From the NCBI GenBank assembly GCA_951406725.2, contig OX597842.1, positions 20,026,001-20,090,000 of the forward strand: a stretch of DNA of 64,000 bases, in the 5' to 3' direction. The notes beneath the pieces were generated by a model. It was given only the letters and a program-made list of their open reading frames with translations. It was not told where the DNA came from and made no database searches. This document shows, piece by piece, positions 1-12,570 of this stretch (the stretch's first letter is position 1; each line of letters starts with the position of its first letter). Source of the DNA: Octopus vulgaris. Its lineage: Eukaryota. A program made the translations under genes and the position numbers.

Positions 1-43
1 CCTCTGTGGTTAGTAAAGAAATTATTATAAGTCATTTCCTTAC

Positions 44-292
44 TCTTTATCTCCAAATTAATTCTTCCAACATTAAGGTTGTCATCATCAAATTTCCAAA
101 TCGAACATTCCTTAGTTACTTTTCTGATCCAAAGCGTGGAGGTATTTCCATCCTGTGTCACTTTATAGTCAGGGCCATCAGCGCATGTCTTGTCACATTC
201 ATATTTATAATCGTCGCACTTCCAAACCACCGGTCGTTTCATATCAGATATTGTTATTGAAAGGGTGAGACATCCATTGAGCACAGCAATTC
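44..292 (-). CDS. Internal coding exon (copy A) encoding an Ig-like domain of a putative small membrane receptor
   Basis: Acceptor ctttatttcag|GA at 293/292 and donor A|gtaagg at 44/43; 249 nt, phase 1-1, open: IAVLNGCLTLSITISDMKRPVVWKCDDYKYECDKTCADGPDYKVTQDGNTSTLWIRKVTKECSIWKFDDDNLNVGRINLEIK. The Trp and YKVTQDGNTSTLWIRKVT resemble Ig strands C/D/E. Confidence 0.7.
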
Positions 293-553
293 CTGAAATA
301 AAGAAATCAGTTAAGAAGTTTGCTTCCAAATCATATGGTCCCGGGTTCAGTCCCACTACACTGCACCTTGGGAAAGTGTCTTCTACTACAGCCTGTGTGG
401 ATTTGTTAGATGGAAACTGAAAGAAGCCCATTGTATGTATGTGTGTGTGTGTGTATGTATATGTGTGTGTGTATATATGTATATACATACACACTTGCGT
501 GTTTCAAAGCCTTGTTAGTGGATTTGATAGATGGAAACTGAGCGAAGCCCATT

Positions 554-587
<34 letters not shown>

Positions 588-592
<5 letters not shown>

Positions 593-760
593 TTCACGAG
601 TGGCTGTGTGGTGGGTAGCTTGTTTACCAATCACATTGTTCCGGGTTCAGTTCCACTGCATGACACCTTGGGCAAGTGTCTTCCACCATAGCCTCAGGCC
701 GACCAAAGCCCTGTGAGTGTATATGATAGATGGAAACTGAAAGAAGCCCATTGTTTATAT
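588..760 (+). mobile_element. tRNA-derived SINE (OK-like family), 5' head fragment
   Basis: gagtggctgtgtggtg...ccgggttcagttcc...ccttgggcaagtgtc head shared with many copies in the window. Confidence 0.7.
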
Positions 761-789
761 AAATGTATATATATATGTAATTAGGAAGT

Positions 790-1148
790 TATTATTTCTA
801 AGTCACTGAATGAGAAACATTCAGTAACATTACTCGAGAGAAAAGATTATTTGCCAGCATAATATGGTAGTCCTAGTTAGGATGATCGTTACTGTTATCT
901 AGCCCTAGGAAACACTGCCTCCAGCTGGGTATATGACACATTATCTATGTCCTATGGGATGCTAAACTCCCTTGTTTGAAAATATAAGGATGCAGCTAGT
1001 GCGTCATATAGCCAGCTGGAGGTGACGTTTCCTAGGGCTAAAGAACAGTAACAATCGTCCTAACCAGGACTGCCACATTATGTTGGCAAATAATCTCTAC
1101 CCTAGAGTACTGTTACTCAATGTCTTTTGTTCAGAGATTTAGAAATAA
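790..1148. repeat. Imperfect palindrome (~150-bp arms), Penelope-like remnant; paralog near 7020-7378
   Basis: ttatttctaa...ccagctgggtatatgacac is mirrored by gtcatatagccagctgg...ttagaaataa. Confidence 0.6.
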
Positions 1149-1414
1149 TTTTCTATTTGTTAGATCAGTGACTGTGTGTCACTTTGAAAAGTATATATTT
1201 TGGACAAGAGTTTAGTGGAATCACATCTAGCTGAGCAGTTATTCTGTGCTGATGAAGGGAAATAACCCAGAGACCATTGGTATGCAGATAGTGTGCTGTA
1301 TCAGCAGCTGGAGATGATGTTTCCTGAGACTAAATAACAGTAACAATCGTCCTAACCAGGACTGCCACATTATGTTGGCAAATAATCTTTACTTCATATA
1401 TATATATATATATA

Positions 1415-1646
1415 ATAGAAACATTAAAATTTCTTAGTCTCTCTAAAGGAGACTACGGCAGCGGTACTGGATATTAATAGTTATTGCCAAGCTAATGTGG
1501 TAGTCCATAAATATAAGTCTAAAGCTGCTGTTGATTAGCTCCAAGAACCTGTATGGACTACCATATTAGCTTGGCGATAACAATTAATATCCAGTACCGC
1601 TGCCGTAGTCTCCTTTAGAGAGACTTAGAAATTTTGATATTTCTAT
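1415..1646. repeat. Near-perfect inverted repeat (~90-bp arms)
   Basis: ctctaaaggagactacggcagcggtactggatattaat versus attaatatccagtaccgctgccgtagtctcctttagag. Confidence 0.8.
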
Positions 1647-1947
1647 TTTTGAAAACCAATAGATGTATTCCACTGAAATTAGGTAAATAATCTTTCGAAA
1701 AGATGATTTGTAGCGACACCTGCTGGGTCTGGCTATTCTGCATTGATAAAGAGTAAATACCCTGAAATATGTCTGCAGATGTCTGACCAGGAAGGGGAAG
1801 CAGCTGACCTTCCCTGTTCGAAGGTTATAATGGACACAGGTTCGTGTGTCATATAGCTAGCTAGAGGCAATGGCCTCTTGGAGCTAATCAACGGCAGCTT
1901 TAGTCTTATATTTATGGACTACCAAATTAGCTTGGCGATAACTATTA

Positions 1948-1980
<33 letters not shown>

Positions 1981-1981
<1 letters not shown>

Positions 1982-2262
1982 CGTCTGCCAGCCTCGTCTG
2001 GCACCTGTGTCGGTGGCACATAAAAAACACCATCCGAGCGTGGCCGTCTGCCAGCCTCGTCTGGCACCTGTGTCGGTGGCACATAAAATCACCCACTACA
2101 CTCTCGGAGTGGTTGGCATTAGGAAGGGCATCCAGCTGTAGAAACACTGCCAGATCTGACTAGCCTGGTGCAGCCTTCGGGCTTGCCAGACCCCAGTTGA
2201 ACCATCCAACCCATGCTAGCATGGAAAGCAGACGTTAAACGATGATGATGATGATGATGATG
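1981..2262 (+). mobile_element. Non-autonomous retroposon with RTE-like tail and (GAT)n end
   Basis: ggttggcattaggaagggcatccagctg...ccatgctagcatggaaagcagacgttaaacgatgatgat; further copies at ~16388-16680, 21080-21570, 47856-48062, 52885-53125, 57305-57680 and 60530-61405. Confidence 0.7.
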
Positions 2263-2306
2263 ATATATATATATAGACACACATATATATATATATATAT
2301 ACACAC

Positions 2307-2339
<33 letters not shown>

Positions 2340-2465
2340 CATACATATATATATATATATATATAAACACACAAAATAAGAAAATGGATGAATAGATTCC
2401 TTTCAATCATCAACTTCCAGATAATACCAATTCATATAATTTATTAACTAATTATTTAGATTTAA

Positions 2466-3690
2466 TAGGACAGGGCTGTATACTTTCTCCCGTTCTATTT
2501 CTATTAGTCATAGATTGGATCATGAAGGAAACTACGATTGAAAGCCAAACAAGCATTGAATGGATGGGTGTGGAAGCTGTAGAAGATCTCGACTTTGCAG
2601 ATGATAGAGGGCTGCTTTCACAAACATAGCCAAATGCAAAATAAAATGTCAAAATTAGAAGCAATAGCTGCCAAACTAGGATTGAAAGTCAACCTCAAAT
2701 CAATAATTATGCACGTTAATGAAGTAAACAATGAATGTATTCAACTAGAAACTGGTGAACTAGAGGATGTAGCCGAGTTTATGTATTCAGGTAGTAAGAT
2801 AACGTTTTCAGGTGGCACCGACGAAGATATTAAGGTGAGAATAAGTAAGGCAAGGACCGTTTTTCACCTGTTAAAGAAAGTATGGAGCGCAAGTGTAATT
2901 TCAATAAACAACAAAATAACCTCTCGAAAGAGCTGTTCTTCACTCCTGCTCCAGAGCGTCGGCTGCGGGGTCACTCCGAAAAGCTCTATCTGTGACGATT
3001 TCATCTCAATCGAAGGAGAGTGGCCTTCTCCGTCCGATTTGCGGATCCGTGGAATAAGCTGCCGGACGAGATAGTGAAGATGCCGACAACCGCTCGATTC
3101 AAAGTCTCCCTTGACCACAAATGGCCTGAACTCTTTGCATGAACACCACCCTGTACATAACTCCATATCCCCCTACATGGCCTTGCTTTTTTGCTTTTTG
3201 ACCCCAAAAATTATCTTAACTTAACCTAAGTTAAGAATTTTTAACACGAACGTAAAAGCAGTGTTATTGTATGGGGCTGAGACATGGCAAACAACAGTCA
3301 AGTCAAATAAGCAAATACAACCATTCATCAACAGATGCTTGCGTAGTATACTTAAAATTAGATGGCCCGAACACATAAGCAATATGGAACTATGGTAAAG
3401 AACAAATCAAGTTTTGATTAGGGAGCAAATATTTAAGAAAAATTGGAAGTGGATTGGTGGACGAATTAGAAAAGACACACCAAATGTAGCAAAAAGTGTT
3501 TAAAGTGGAAACCGGTTGGATGTAAAAAGAGAGGTAGGCCTAAGAACTCGTGGCGTAGATCAACACAAAAGGAATTAGAGAAAGGGGGACATTCATGGCA
3601 GAGTATAAGTACAGAGGCGAAAAATTATGCAACATGGAATTCAATTATGAGTGGCCTATACTCCACGTTGGAGGGTCAAAGGTAGGAAAG
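2466..3690 (+). mobile_element. Degenerate RTE-clade LINE (RT C-half/thumb) with nested CR1-like fragment
   Basis: DLDFADD, GLKVN..K, GGTDEDIKVRISKAR and LLYGAETW motifs, with stops and frameshifts. Confidence 0.85.
2920..3230 (+). mobile_element. CR1/L2-group LINE 3' fragment inserted in the RTE remnant (paralog ~8257-8550)
   Basis: Paralog translates LRGHSEKLYLRRFHLNRRRGSFSVRVAVPWNKLPDEIV...FKVSLD, the typical CR1-group ORF2 C-terminus; the RTE frame resumes after it. Confidence 0.75.
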
Positions 3691-4399
3691 AAGAATATAT
3701 TTACCACTTTGGGTGATCTTGTAAATGTTTGCACTTGAGAAACCTGTAAAAGATGAAAACAAAAATTTTTGATTTTAAGATGAAATATTTCAAAATAATG
3801 TGAATAAATGAACATTATATTTCACAGTAATTTGATTGCTAAAGGATTAAACCAGCCATATCTGTTTTATGTTCTAAGTGGCCGGGTCCAGCCCCTCACA
3901 CCTACCCTACAATGTCAGTCTAAAAATAAACAATCACATCATCAAAATGTCAAAACTACAAAATAAAGAATGATTAATTCAAAAACCAAGACTAAATGAG
4001 CATTACATTAAACGAAATAAACTGATTGCTAATGAGTTAAAGTAGCCATACCTGGCACAAAGATTCTACCTGTTTCGTGTTTAAACTGGTAATGGGTCAG
4101 CCTTTTACACCTGTCTTACAATGTCATTCTAAAAATGAACAGACAAGGACTGCTATGTAAAGAAGTGCTGATCTCTAACTGTGGAGGCAATCTGTGGAAG
4201 AGGTGGACCCTGGAAGGTGCAGGACAAAACGGTGGAACATGAGGGCTTTGGATGTTGAGGCTGACATATATTGATAAGTGACTGCGATTCCTGGGGATTT
4301 GCTCTTCTTCAGAAGATATGTCAAGCTAATGGAAATCAAGGATGTGGCCAGTGTCGGTAATTAGTAAAAGGCACCTGTGCCAGTGACGTGTAATTTATA

Positions 4400-4776
4400 A
4401 ATTTTTCCTCAAAACTTTATTGAGAATTTTCAACATGTGCTCCATCGGCCCCCTGGATATTTCAAATGTATCTGTAGACTTGTGAAACACATTTGGAAGT
4501 ATTTCTGGAGTTTATCTTCTGCACTGCTAACTGAATGCATTCTTTAAGTTCAGCTAAAAGATTGCTCCATCTGGGGCATTGTGGTAAAGAAATTAATTGC
4601 AGTCATATTGAAAAAAGCTGTCATGGACAGATAAGGAATGAAAATAAAATTATAAACAAAATTAAAAATTTAATCAATTAACATATATTAAATATGTGAA
4701 GCAGAAACAAAAAGGACCTTTAAAAAAAAGGGTCCAATTTCACTGAAATAGATAATTAATTCTGGGACAGTCTGTA
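4400..4776 (-). mobile_element. Tc1/mariner-like transposon remnant (paralog ~9735-10112)
   Basis: Degenerate translation ELKECIQLAVQKI...ADGAHVEN* resembles a transposase C-terminus; ggacagtctgta resembles a Tc1-type end. Confidence 0.4.
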
Positions 4777-5443
4777 TTGAAAACACTTAGCCCCACTCAA
4801 ATGACCCTACACTCTGAAATCTTTACCAAGAACAAAGTCCATGGGGTAAAGAGTGGCTATAAGGGGAATCCAGGTGGGCAGATATGGAGATAACGATGTA
4901 AATAAACAAATAAAACTGAGTGGGTTAGATATACATCCATGCGTACACGTTAATAGAGAGGAAGCAAAGACTGAAAAATTTCAGACGGAGAATATTCAAG
5001 CATCAGAAATCTGAATTAAATATTAACAGAGCAAACTTACACAGACTAGAAAGGCAAAGAAAATTAAAGGGGAGAATGTATGGTGTTACAGCTCCTTTCT
5101 TGGGGATTGGGCTTACTTCATCGTTGGTAGATGTACCATCCATACTCACAAATAGGTCTCACTTTTATTTCACCAAAAATTTAGATAAAAATCAAGGGGT
5201 ACAACCTATCCAATAAATATCACAGGGATCTGAAGTGGTGTATCGGTAGGTCCATGGCATACCCTGGACCTGGGCTTTTCAGTTTTAAAATTGTTATGGA
5301 AACTTTTCTGCAATGTTTACTAGAAAGCAGAAACTGGAAGTTTGGTATTTGGTATTTTTTTGACATCCAGTCACCCCAATCTTTAGTTTAAAAATTTTAA
5401 TAATTGCAAACCCTACTTACAAAGTTATAGTAAGAGTTATCAA

Positions 5444-5840
5444 TAGGCGAAGGAGTGGCTGTGTGGTAAGTAGCTTGCTTACCAACCACATGGTTCCGGG
5501 TTTAGTCCCACTGCGTGGCATGTTGGGCAAGTGTCTTCTACTATAGCCTTGGGCCGACCAAAGCCTTGTGAGTGGATTTGGTAGACAGAAACTGAAAGAA
5601 GCCCGTCATATATATGTATATATATATGTGTGTTTGTGTGTCTGTTTGTCCTCCAAACATCGCTTGACAACTGATGCTGGTTTGTCTACGGCCCTATTAC
5701 TTAGCGGTTCGGCAAAAGAGAACCGACAGAATAAGTACTAGGCTTGCAAAGAATAACTCCTGGGGTCGATTTGCTCGACAAAAGGCGGTGCTCCAGCATG
5801 GCCACAGTCAAATGACTGAAACAAGTAAAAAGAGAAAGAG
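5444..5840 (+). mobile_element. Full-length OK-like tRNA-derived SINE at the junction of the tandem duplication
   Basis: Head aggcgaaggagtggctgtgtggtaag, internal (TA/TG)n, tail ...tgactgaaacaagtaaaaagag. Confidence 0.85.
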
Positions 5841-5935
5841 AATATAACCCCCCCACACACACCTTGGTATTGACACCCTTATCCTTTGCCCTTGTGGCAA
5901 ATAAAAGAAACCCTTATTATATACAACTATCACCT

Positions 5936-6450
5936 GAGTCCATTGTGAAGATGGCCCCTCTACTTTCCTTCAACCAGGAAGGGCAACCAGTATTTATCTG
6001 CTCGGGGCCCATGGCAAAGGGGATCATATAGTGGACAAGTCTGAAAGGGCTGAAGACCAGCAATTGCCATTTTGTCAAAACCCTAATAAACTTTTTCAGG
6101 TTTCACTTGAAAAGGAAAATCAGGGTGGAGAGGTAAGTGCTGGCTTCCAAACAGTTTGTTGAAAGGTGGGTGAGAGAGGTGAGCATTACCTGAGTGAATG
6201 GGCCTTCTCTTTCAGAGTGTACCTGTATATTGGAGAGGAAAGACCGAGAGAGGGCATCCACCCTGTTGGTCAGGGAGACATTGGATTTACTGGGCTTTCG
6301 TAACGTGTAGCCCTTGAAAGTCCCCCCACTATCAGAATCTTACTTTGAATTTCTTTTATTCTTAGTATGACTTTTTACATGCTAAAACCCACACTGGACC
6401 CTCCCGAATGTTTTGCTTTGTGTTAGCCCTCTGTGGTTCATAAAGAAATT
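5936..6450 (+). mobile_element. Old Tx1-like LINE 3' fragment (ORF2 C-terminus plus 3' UTR); paralog ~62276-62790
   Basis: ESIVKMAP...AKGII*WTSLKGLK...LINFFRFHLKRKIRVER...FVERW aligns by eye with the 496-aa ORF end ESILKIDP...AKEVIWKTRVKGL...LTNFFKFHLKKKVELEK...FKKRW. Confidence 0.75.
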
Positions 6451-6470
6451 ATTATAAATCATTTCCTTAC

Positions 6471-6719
6471 TCTTTATCTCCAAATCAATTTTTCCAAAAT
6501 TAAGGTTGTCATCTTTAAATTTCCAAATCGAACATTCCTTAGTTACTTTTCTGATCCAAAGCGTGGAGGTATTTCCATCCTGTGTCACTTTATAGTCAGG
6601 GCCATCAGCGCATGTCCTGTCACATTCATATTTATAATTGCCGCATTTCCAAACCACCGGTCGTTTCATATTGGGTGTTGTTATCGAAAGGGTGAGACAT
6701 CCATTGAGCAGAGCAATTC
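6471..6719 (-). CDS. Internal coding exon (copy B) encoding an Ig-like domain
   Basis: Same splice sites and 249-nt length as copy A; open: IALLNGCLTLSITTPNMKRPVVWKCGNYKYECDRTCADGPDYKVTQDGNTSTLWIRKVTKECSIWKFKDDNLNFGKIDLEIK. Confidence 0.7.
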
Positions 6720-7620
6720 CTGAAATAAAGAAATCAGTAAAGAAGTTTGCTTTCCAATCATATGGTTCTGGGTTCAGTCCCACTGCAGAGCATCTTGTGA
6801 AAGTGTCTTCTACTACAGCCTATGTGGATTTGGTAGATGGAAACTGAAAGAAGCCCATTGTATGTAAGTGAGTGTGTGTATGTATGTGTATATGTGTGTG
6901 CATATATGTATATACATACACATTTGTGTGTTTCAAAGCCTTGTTAGTGGATTTGATAGATGGAAACTGAGCGAAGCCCATTGTTTATATATATGTATAT
7001 ATATATGTAAATAGAAAATTATTATTTCTAAGTCACTGAATGAGAAACATTCAGTAACATTACTCGAGAGTAAAGATTATTTGCCAACATAATATGGCAG
7101 TCCTAGTTAGGATGATCGTTACTGTTATCTGGCCCTAGGAAACACTGCCTCCAGCTGGGTATATGACACATTATCTATGTCCTATGGGATGCTAAACTCC
7201 CTTGTTTGAAAATATAAGGATGCAGCTAGTGCGTCATATAGTCAGCTGGAGACAATGTTTCCTAGGGCTAAGGAACAGTAACAATCGTCCTAACCAGGAC
7301 TGCCACATTATGTTGGCAAATAATCTTTACCCTAGAGTACTGTTACTCAATGTCTTTTGTTCAGAGATTTAGAAATAATTTTCTATTTGTTAGATCAGTG
7401 ACTGTGTGTCACTTTGAAAAGTATATATTTTGGACAAGAGTTTAGTGGAGTCATCTCTAGCGGAGCAGTTATTCTGTGCTGATGAAGGGAAATAACCCAG
7501 AGACCATTGGTATGCAGATTGTGTGCTCTATCACCAGCCGGAGATGATGTTTCCTGGGACAAAATAACAGTACCATTCGTCCTAACCAGGACTGCCACAT
7601 TATTTTGGCAAATAATCTTT

Positions 7621-7680
<60 letters not shown>

Positions 7681-7804
7681 CATATATATATATATATAAA
7701 TATACACACAAAATAAGAAAATGGATGAATAGATTCCTTTCAATCATCAACTTCCAGATAATACCAATTGATATAATTTATTAACTAATTATTTAGATTT
7801 AATA

Positions 7805-9030
7805 GGACAGGGCTGTATACTTTCTCCCTTTTTATTTCTATTAGTCATAGATTGGATCATGAAGGAAACTACGATTGAAAGCCAAACAGTCATTGAATGG
7901 ACGGATGTGGAAGCTGTAGAAGATCTCGACTTTGCAGATGATAGGGGGCTGCTTTCACAAACATAGCCAAATGCAAAATAAAATGTCAAAATTAGAAGCA
8001 ATAGCTGCCAAACTAGGATTGAAAGTCAACCTCAAATCAAAAATTATGCACGTTAATGAAGTAAACAATGAATGTATTAAACTAGAAACTGGTGAACTGA
8101 AGGATGTAGCCAAGTTTATGTATTCAGGTAGTAAGATAACGTTTTCAGGTGGCACCGACGAAGATATTAAGGTGAGAATAAGTAAGGCAAGGACCATTTT
8201 TCACCTGTTAAAGAAAGTATGGAGCGCAAGTGTAATTTCAATAAACAACAAAATAACCTCTCGAAAGAGCTGTTCTTCACTCCTGCTCCAGAGCGTCGGC
8301 TGCGGGGTCACTCCGAAAAGCTCTATCTGCGACGATTTCATCTCAATCGAAGGAGAGGATCCTTCTCCGTCAGGGTTGCGGTTCCGTGGAATAAGCTGCC
8401 GGATGAGATAGTGAAGATGCCGACGACCACCCAGTTCAAAGTCTCCCTTGACCACAAATGGCCTGAACTCTTTGCATGAACACCCCTGTACATAACTCCA
8501 TGTCCCCCTACATGGCCTTGCTTTTTGCTTTTTGACCCCAAAAATTAACGCAACTTCACTTAACTTAAGAATTTTTAACACGAACGTAAAAGCAGTGTTA
8601 TTGTATGGGGCTGAGACATGGCGAACAACAGTTAAATCAAATAAGCAAATACAATCATTCATCAACAGATGCTTGCGTAGTATACTTAAAATTAGATGGC
8701 CCCAACACACACGCAATATGGAGCTATGGCAAAGAACAAATCAAGTTTCGATTAGGGAGCAAATATTTAAGAAAAGGAGGAAGTGGATTGGTAGCACAAT
8801 TAGAAAAGACACACTAAATGTAGCGTAAAGTGCTTTAAAGTGGAAACCGGTTGGATATAGAATGAAAGGTAGGCCTAAGAACTTATGGCGTAGATCAACA
8901 CAAAAGGAACTAGAGAAAGGGGGACATTCATGGCAGAGTATAAGTACAGAAGTGAAAAATTATGCAACATGGAATTCAATTATGAGTGGCCTATACACCG
9001 CGTTGGAGGGTCAAAGGCAGGAAAGAAGAA
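7805..9030 (+). mobile_element. Degenerate RTE-clade LINE with nested CR1 fragment (duplicate of 2466-3690)
   Basis: ORFs 7932-8411, 8532-8828 (LLYGAETW) and 8862-9122 (GRPKNLWRR). Confidence 0.85.
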
Positions 9031-10796
9031 TATATTTACCACTTTGGGTGATCCTATACTTTTTTGCCCTTGACAAACCTGTAAAAGATGAAAACAAAAA
9101 TTTTGATTTTAAGATGAAATAATTCAAAATAATGTGAATAAATGAACATTATATTTCACAGTAATTTGATTGCTAAATGATTAAACCAGCCATATCTGTT
9201 TTATGTTCTAAGTGGCCGGGTCCAACCCCTCACACCTACCCTACAATGTCAGTCTAAAAATAAACAATCACATCATCAAAATGTCAAAACTATAAGATAA
9301 TGAATGATTAATTCAAAAACAAAGTCTAAATGAGCATTACATTAAGTGAAATAAATTGATTGCTAACGAGTTAAAGTAGCCATACCTGGCACAAAGATTC
9401 TACCTGTTTCGTGTTTAAACTGGTAATGGGTCATCCTTTTACACCTGTCTTACAATGTCATTCTAAAAATGAACAGACAAGGACTGCTATGTAAAGAAGT
9501 GCTGATCTCTAACTGTGGAGGCAATCTGTGGAAGAGGTGGACCCTGGAAGGTGCAGGACAAAACGGTGGAACATGAGGGCTTTGGATGTTGAGGCTGACA
9601 TGTATTGATAAGTGACTGTGATTTCTGGGGATTTGCTCTTCTTCAGAAGATATGTCAAGCTAATGGAAATCAAGTATGTGGCCAGTGTCGGTAATTAGTA
9701 AAAGGCACCTGTGCCAGTAACGTGTAATTTATAAATCTTTCATCAAAACTTTATTGAGAATTTTCAACATGTGCTCCATCGGCCCCCTGGATATTTCAAA
9801 TGTATCTGTAGACTTGTGAAACACATTTGGAAGTATTTCTGGAGTTTATCTTCTGCACTGCTAACTGAATGCATTCTTTAAGTTCAGCTAAAAGATTGCT
9901 CCATCTGGGGCATTGTGGGAAAGAAATTAATTGCAATCGTATTGAAAAAAGTTGTCATGGACAGATAAGGAATGAAAATAAAATTATAACCAAAATTAAA
10001 AATTTAATCACTTAACATTTATTAAATATGTGAAGCAGAAACAAAAAGGACCTTTAAAAAAAAAAGGGTCCATTTTCACTGAAATGGATAATCAATTCTG
10101 GGACAGTCTGTATTGAAAACACTTAGCCCTACTCAAATGACCCTACACTCTGAAATCTTTACCAAGAACAAAGTCCATGGGGTAAAGAGTGGCTATAAGG
10201 GGAATCCAGGTGGGCAGATATGGAGATAACGATGTAAATAAACAAATAAAACTGAGTGGGTTAGATATACATCCATGCGTACACGTTAATAGAGAGGAAG
10301 CAAAGACTGAAAAATTTCAGACGGAGAATATTCAAGCATCAGAAATCTGAATTAAATATTAACAGAGCAAACTTACACAGACTAGAAAGGCACAGAAAAT
10401 CAAAGGGGAGAATGTATGGTGTTACAGCTCCTTTCTTGGGGATTGGGCTTACTTCATCGTTGGTAGATGTACCATCCATACTCACAAATAGGTCTCACTT
10501 TTTTTTCACCAAAAATTTAGATAAAAATCAAGGGTACAACCTATCCAATAGATATCACAGGGATCTGAAGTGGTGTATCGGTAGTCCATGGCATACCCTG
10601 GACCTGGGCTTTTCAGTTTTAAAATTGTTATGGAAACTTTTCTGCAATGTTTACTAGAAAGCAGAAACTGGAAGTTTGGTATTTGGTATTTTTTTGACAT
10701 CCAGTCACCCCAATCTTTAGTTTAAAAATTTTAATAATTGCAAACCCTACTTACAAGTTATGGAAAAAAATTAAATAAAATATAAATAAAACTTAC

Positions 10797-10842
10797 AGAC
10801 AAATGTTACAAACAAACAGCAGAACAAGATCCATTTAGCCAT
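10797..10842 (-). CDS. Candidate signal-peptide exon MAKWILFCCLFVTFV of the Ig-like receptor gene
   Basis: Acceptor ttattttttcag|atcATG at 10846/10845; basic residue followed by a hydrophobic core; phase-1 donor T|gtaagt at 10797/10796. Confidence 0.55.
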
Positions 10843-11139
10843 GATCTGAAAAAATAATTTTCAAAAGTTGCAAAATAACAAAGTTTATAACCCAGGGTCC
10901 GAGGCTGGTCAGGCTGAGAAAAACAAACAGTCACAATATCATCAGTCACTCTTTAATAGATTTGTGGTCGAGCCTGTGGCATTGGAGATCTTATTCTTAA
11001 CTATTTCGAATACTACAGAACGCTGTACAGTAGAGACAAGTGCAGTTTGAACTTGCACAAACACTTTTTGCTACAGCATTTTCACGTCAAAATAAACGTT
11101 TTCTGAAGAAAATTCTAAATCATTTGAAACTGTGAACAT

Positions 11140-11543
11140 TCTTCTTACTCTTTACTCTTTTACTTGTTTCAGTCATTTGACTGTGGCCATGCTGGAGCAC
11201 CGCCTTTAGTCGAGCAAATCGACCCCGGGACTTATTCTTTGTAAACCCAGTACTTATTCTATCGGTCTCTTTTGCCGAACTGCTAAGTGACGGGGACGTA
11301 AACATACCAGCATCGGTTGTGAAGCAATGCTAGGGGGACAAACACAGACACACACATACATATATATATATACATATATATGAAAGGCTTCTTTCAGTTT
11401 CCGTCTACCAAATCCACTCACAAGGCATTGGTCAGCCCGGGGCTATAGCAGAAGACACTTGCCCAATATGCCACGCAGTGGGACTGAACCCGGAACCATG
11501 TGGTTGGTAAGCAAGCTACTTACCACACAGCCACTCCTGCGCC
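11140..11543 (-). mobile_element. Full-length OK-like SINE
   Basis: Reverse complement of the 5444-5840 family. Confidence 0.85.
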
Positions 11544-12570
11544 TTCTTGTATAGTTTTTCTGAAAATCCAACAGTTACAGATCATGTCAGGGTCCCTGAA
11601 ACTCCATGGTATTTCCTCGCATTTACAAACTTTTCTTTTTTTTCTTGGACTGTTGAATGACAACCCTTGTTCTAGTTCAATGCACTCAAGCACCATAACT
11701 CATGTTGCATTCAAAAATCATGTGTCCCCAAAGTCCATCCCCTTCTCACCGTGGTGGGGACACTGGCAACGGGTAGTGTCAGAGCTATGCCGTCGAGAAC
11801 TTTGGTTCCTGGTAGGGCCACCCAAGGCAGTTTGGTCTGACACCGAGTGGTATTAGGCCCACAACCCGGCAGACGGGGCTCTGGTGAAAATCCTCGGAGT
11901 GTCTGTTTCAGCAACTGGTGGCTCCTCGGTCTTTGGGTTGTCTCTCTCTCTCTCTCCACATCTCCTAATGAGTTTGCAGTAAGCTTCAGATATTGATAGA
12001 GTCTTGAATTTACATTTTTAATGCTTAAAATAAGGAATTAGTTTTCACATTTTGTTTGTTCTTTAATCTATGTCTACATGTAATTCTGTGAAAGGTACAC
12101 AGTGTCTGTGTGATATGCAAGACACAACAGCTAAATCTCCCTCATATCACCCATCTTTTCATGTGAAAATCACACATCCTTTCATTTCACCAAGAAAAAA
12201 TAAAAAAAACAGTAGAAATTACATTTAAATATTTTCAAAAATTCATGGTGACACCTATTTCAGGTGGTACCCTCTAAATTAAAACTACATACAAAAAAAG
12301 ATAATATAACGATTTTTATTGAGGAAAATTTTTGGAAAGAAATCTTTTTGGAATGGTGGGTTTATGGTCGAGTGTGCACATTGGAGACCTCTGGCACCCT
12401 AGGGCCCTCAGCTGTATCCCTGCTCACAGCTATCGGGCAGAAATGGCTACCTGCATGTGCAAGCCCTGTGGGTCTCCATTGCCCTCCTCTAGGGCAACTC
12501 CTTTTCTATTTTGTCTGCTGGGACCATGAGGTGGTCTGAATTACAACAAATTTTACGTTCCATTCCTTAA

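Larger units (their letters stand above)
1..10760. repeat. Tandem segmental duplication: 1-5428 is paralogous to ~6428-10760
   Basis: Collinear Ig exon, palindrome, RTE+CR1 remnant, Tc1 remnant and unique sequence; similarity ends at ccctacttaca(a)agtta. Confidence 0.95.

Noticed and set aside
6-260. Plus-strand ORFs 6-260, 6433-6723 and 62772-63062
   Set aside because: Antisense shadows of the minus-strand Ig-like exons
10376-10655. Possible additional exon between the signal and Ig exons (gtaagt donor at ~10376; paralog ~5040)
   Set aside because: Frameshifting indels between the two paralogs and in-frame stops; it does not repair the T|GA junction
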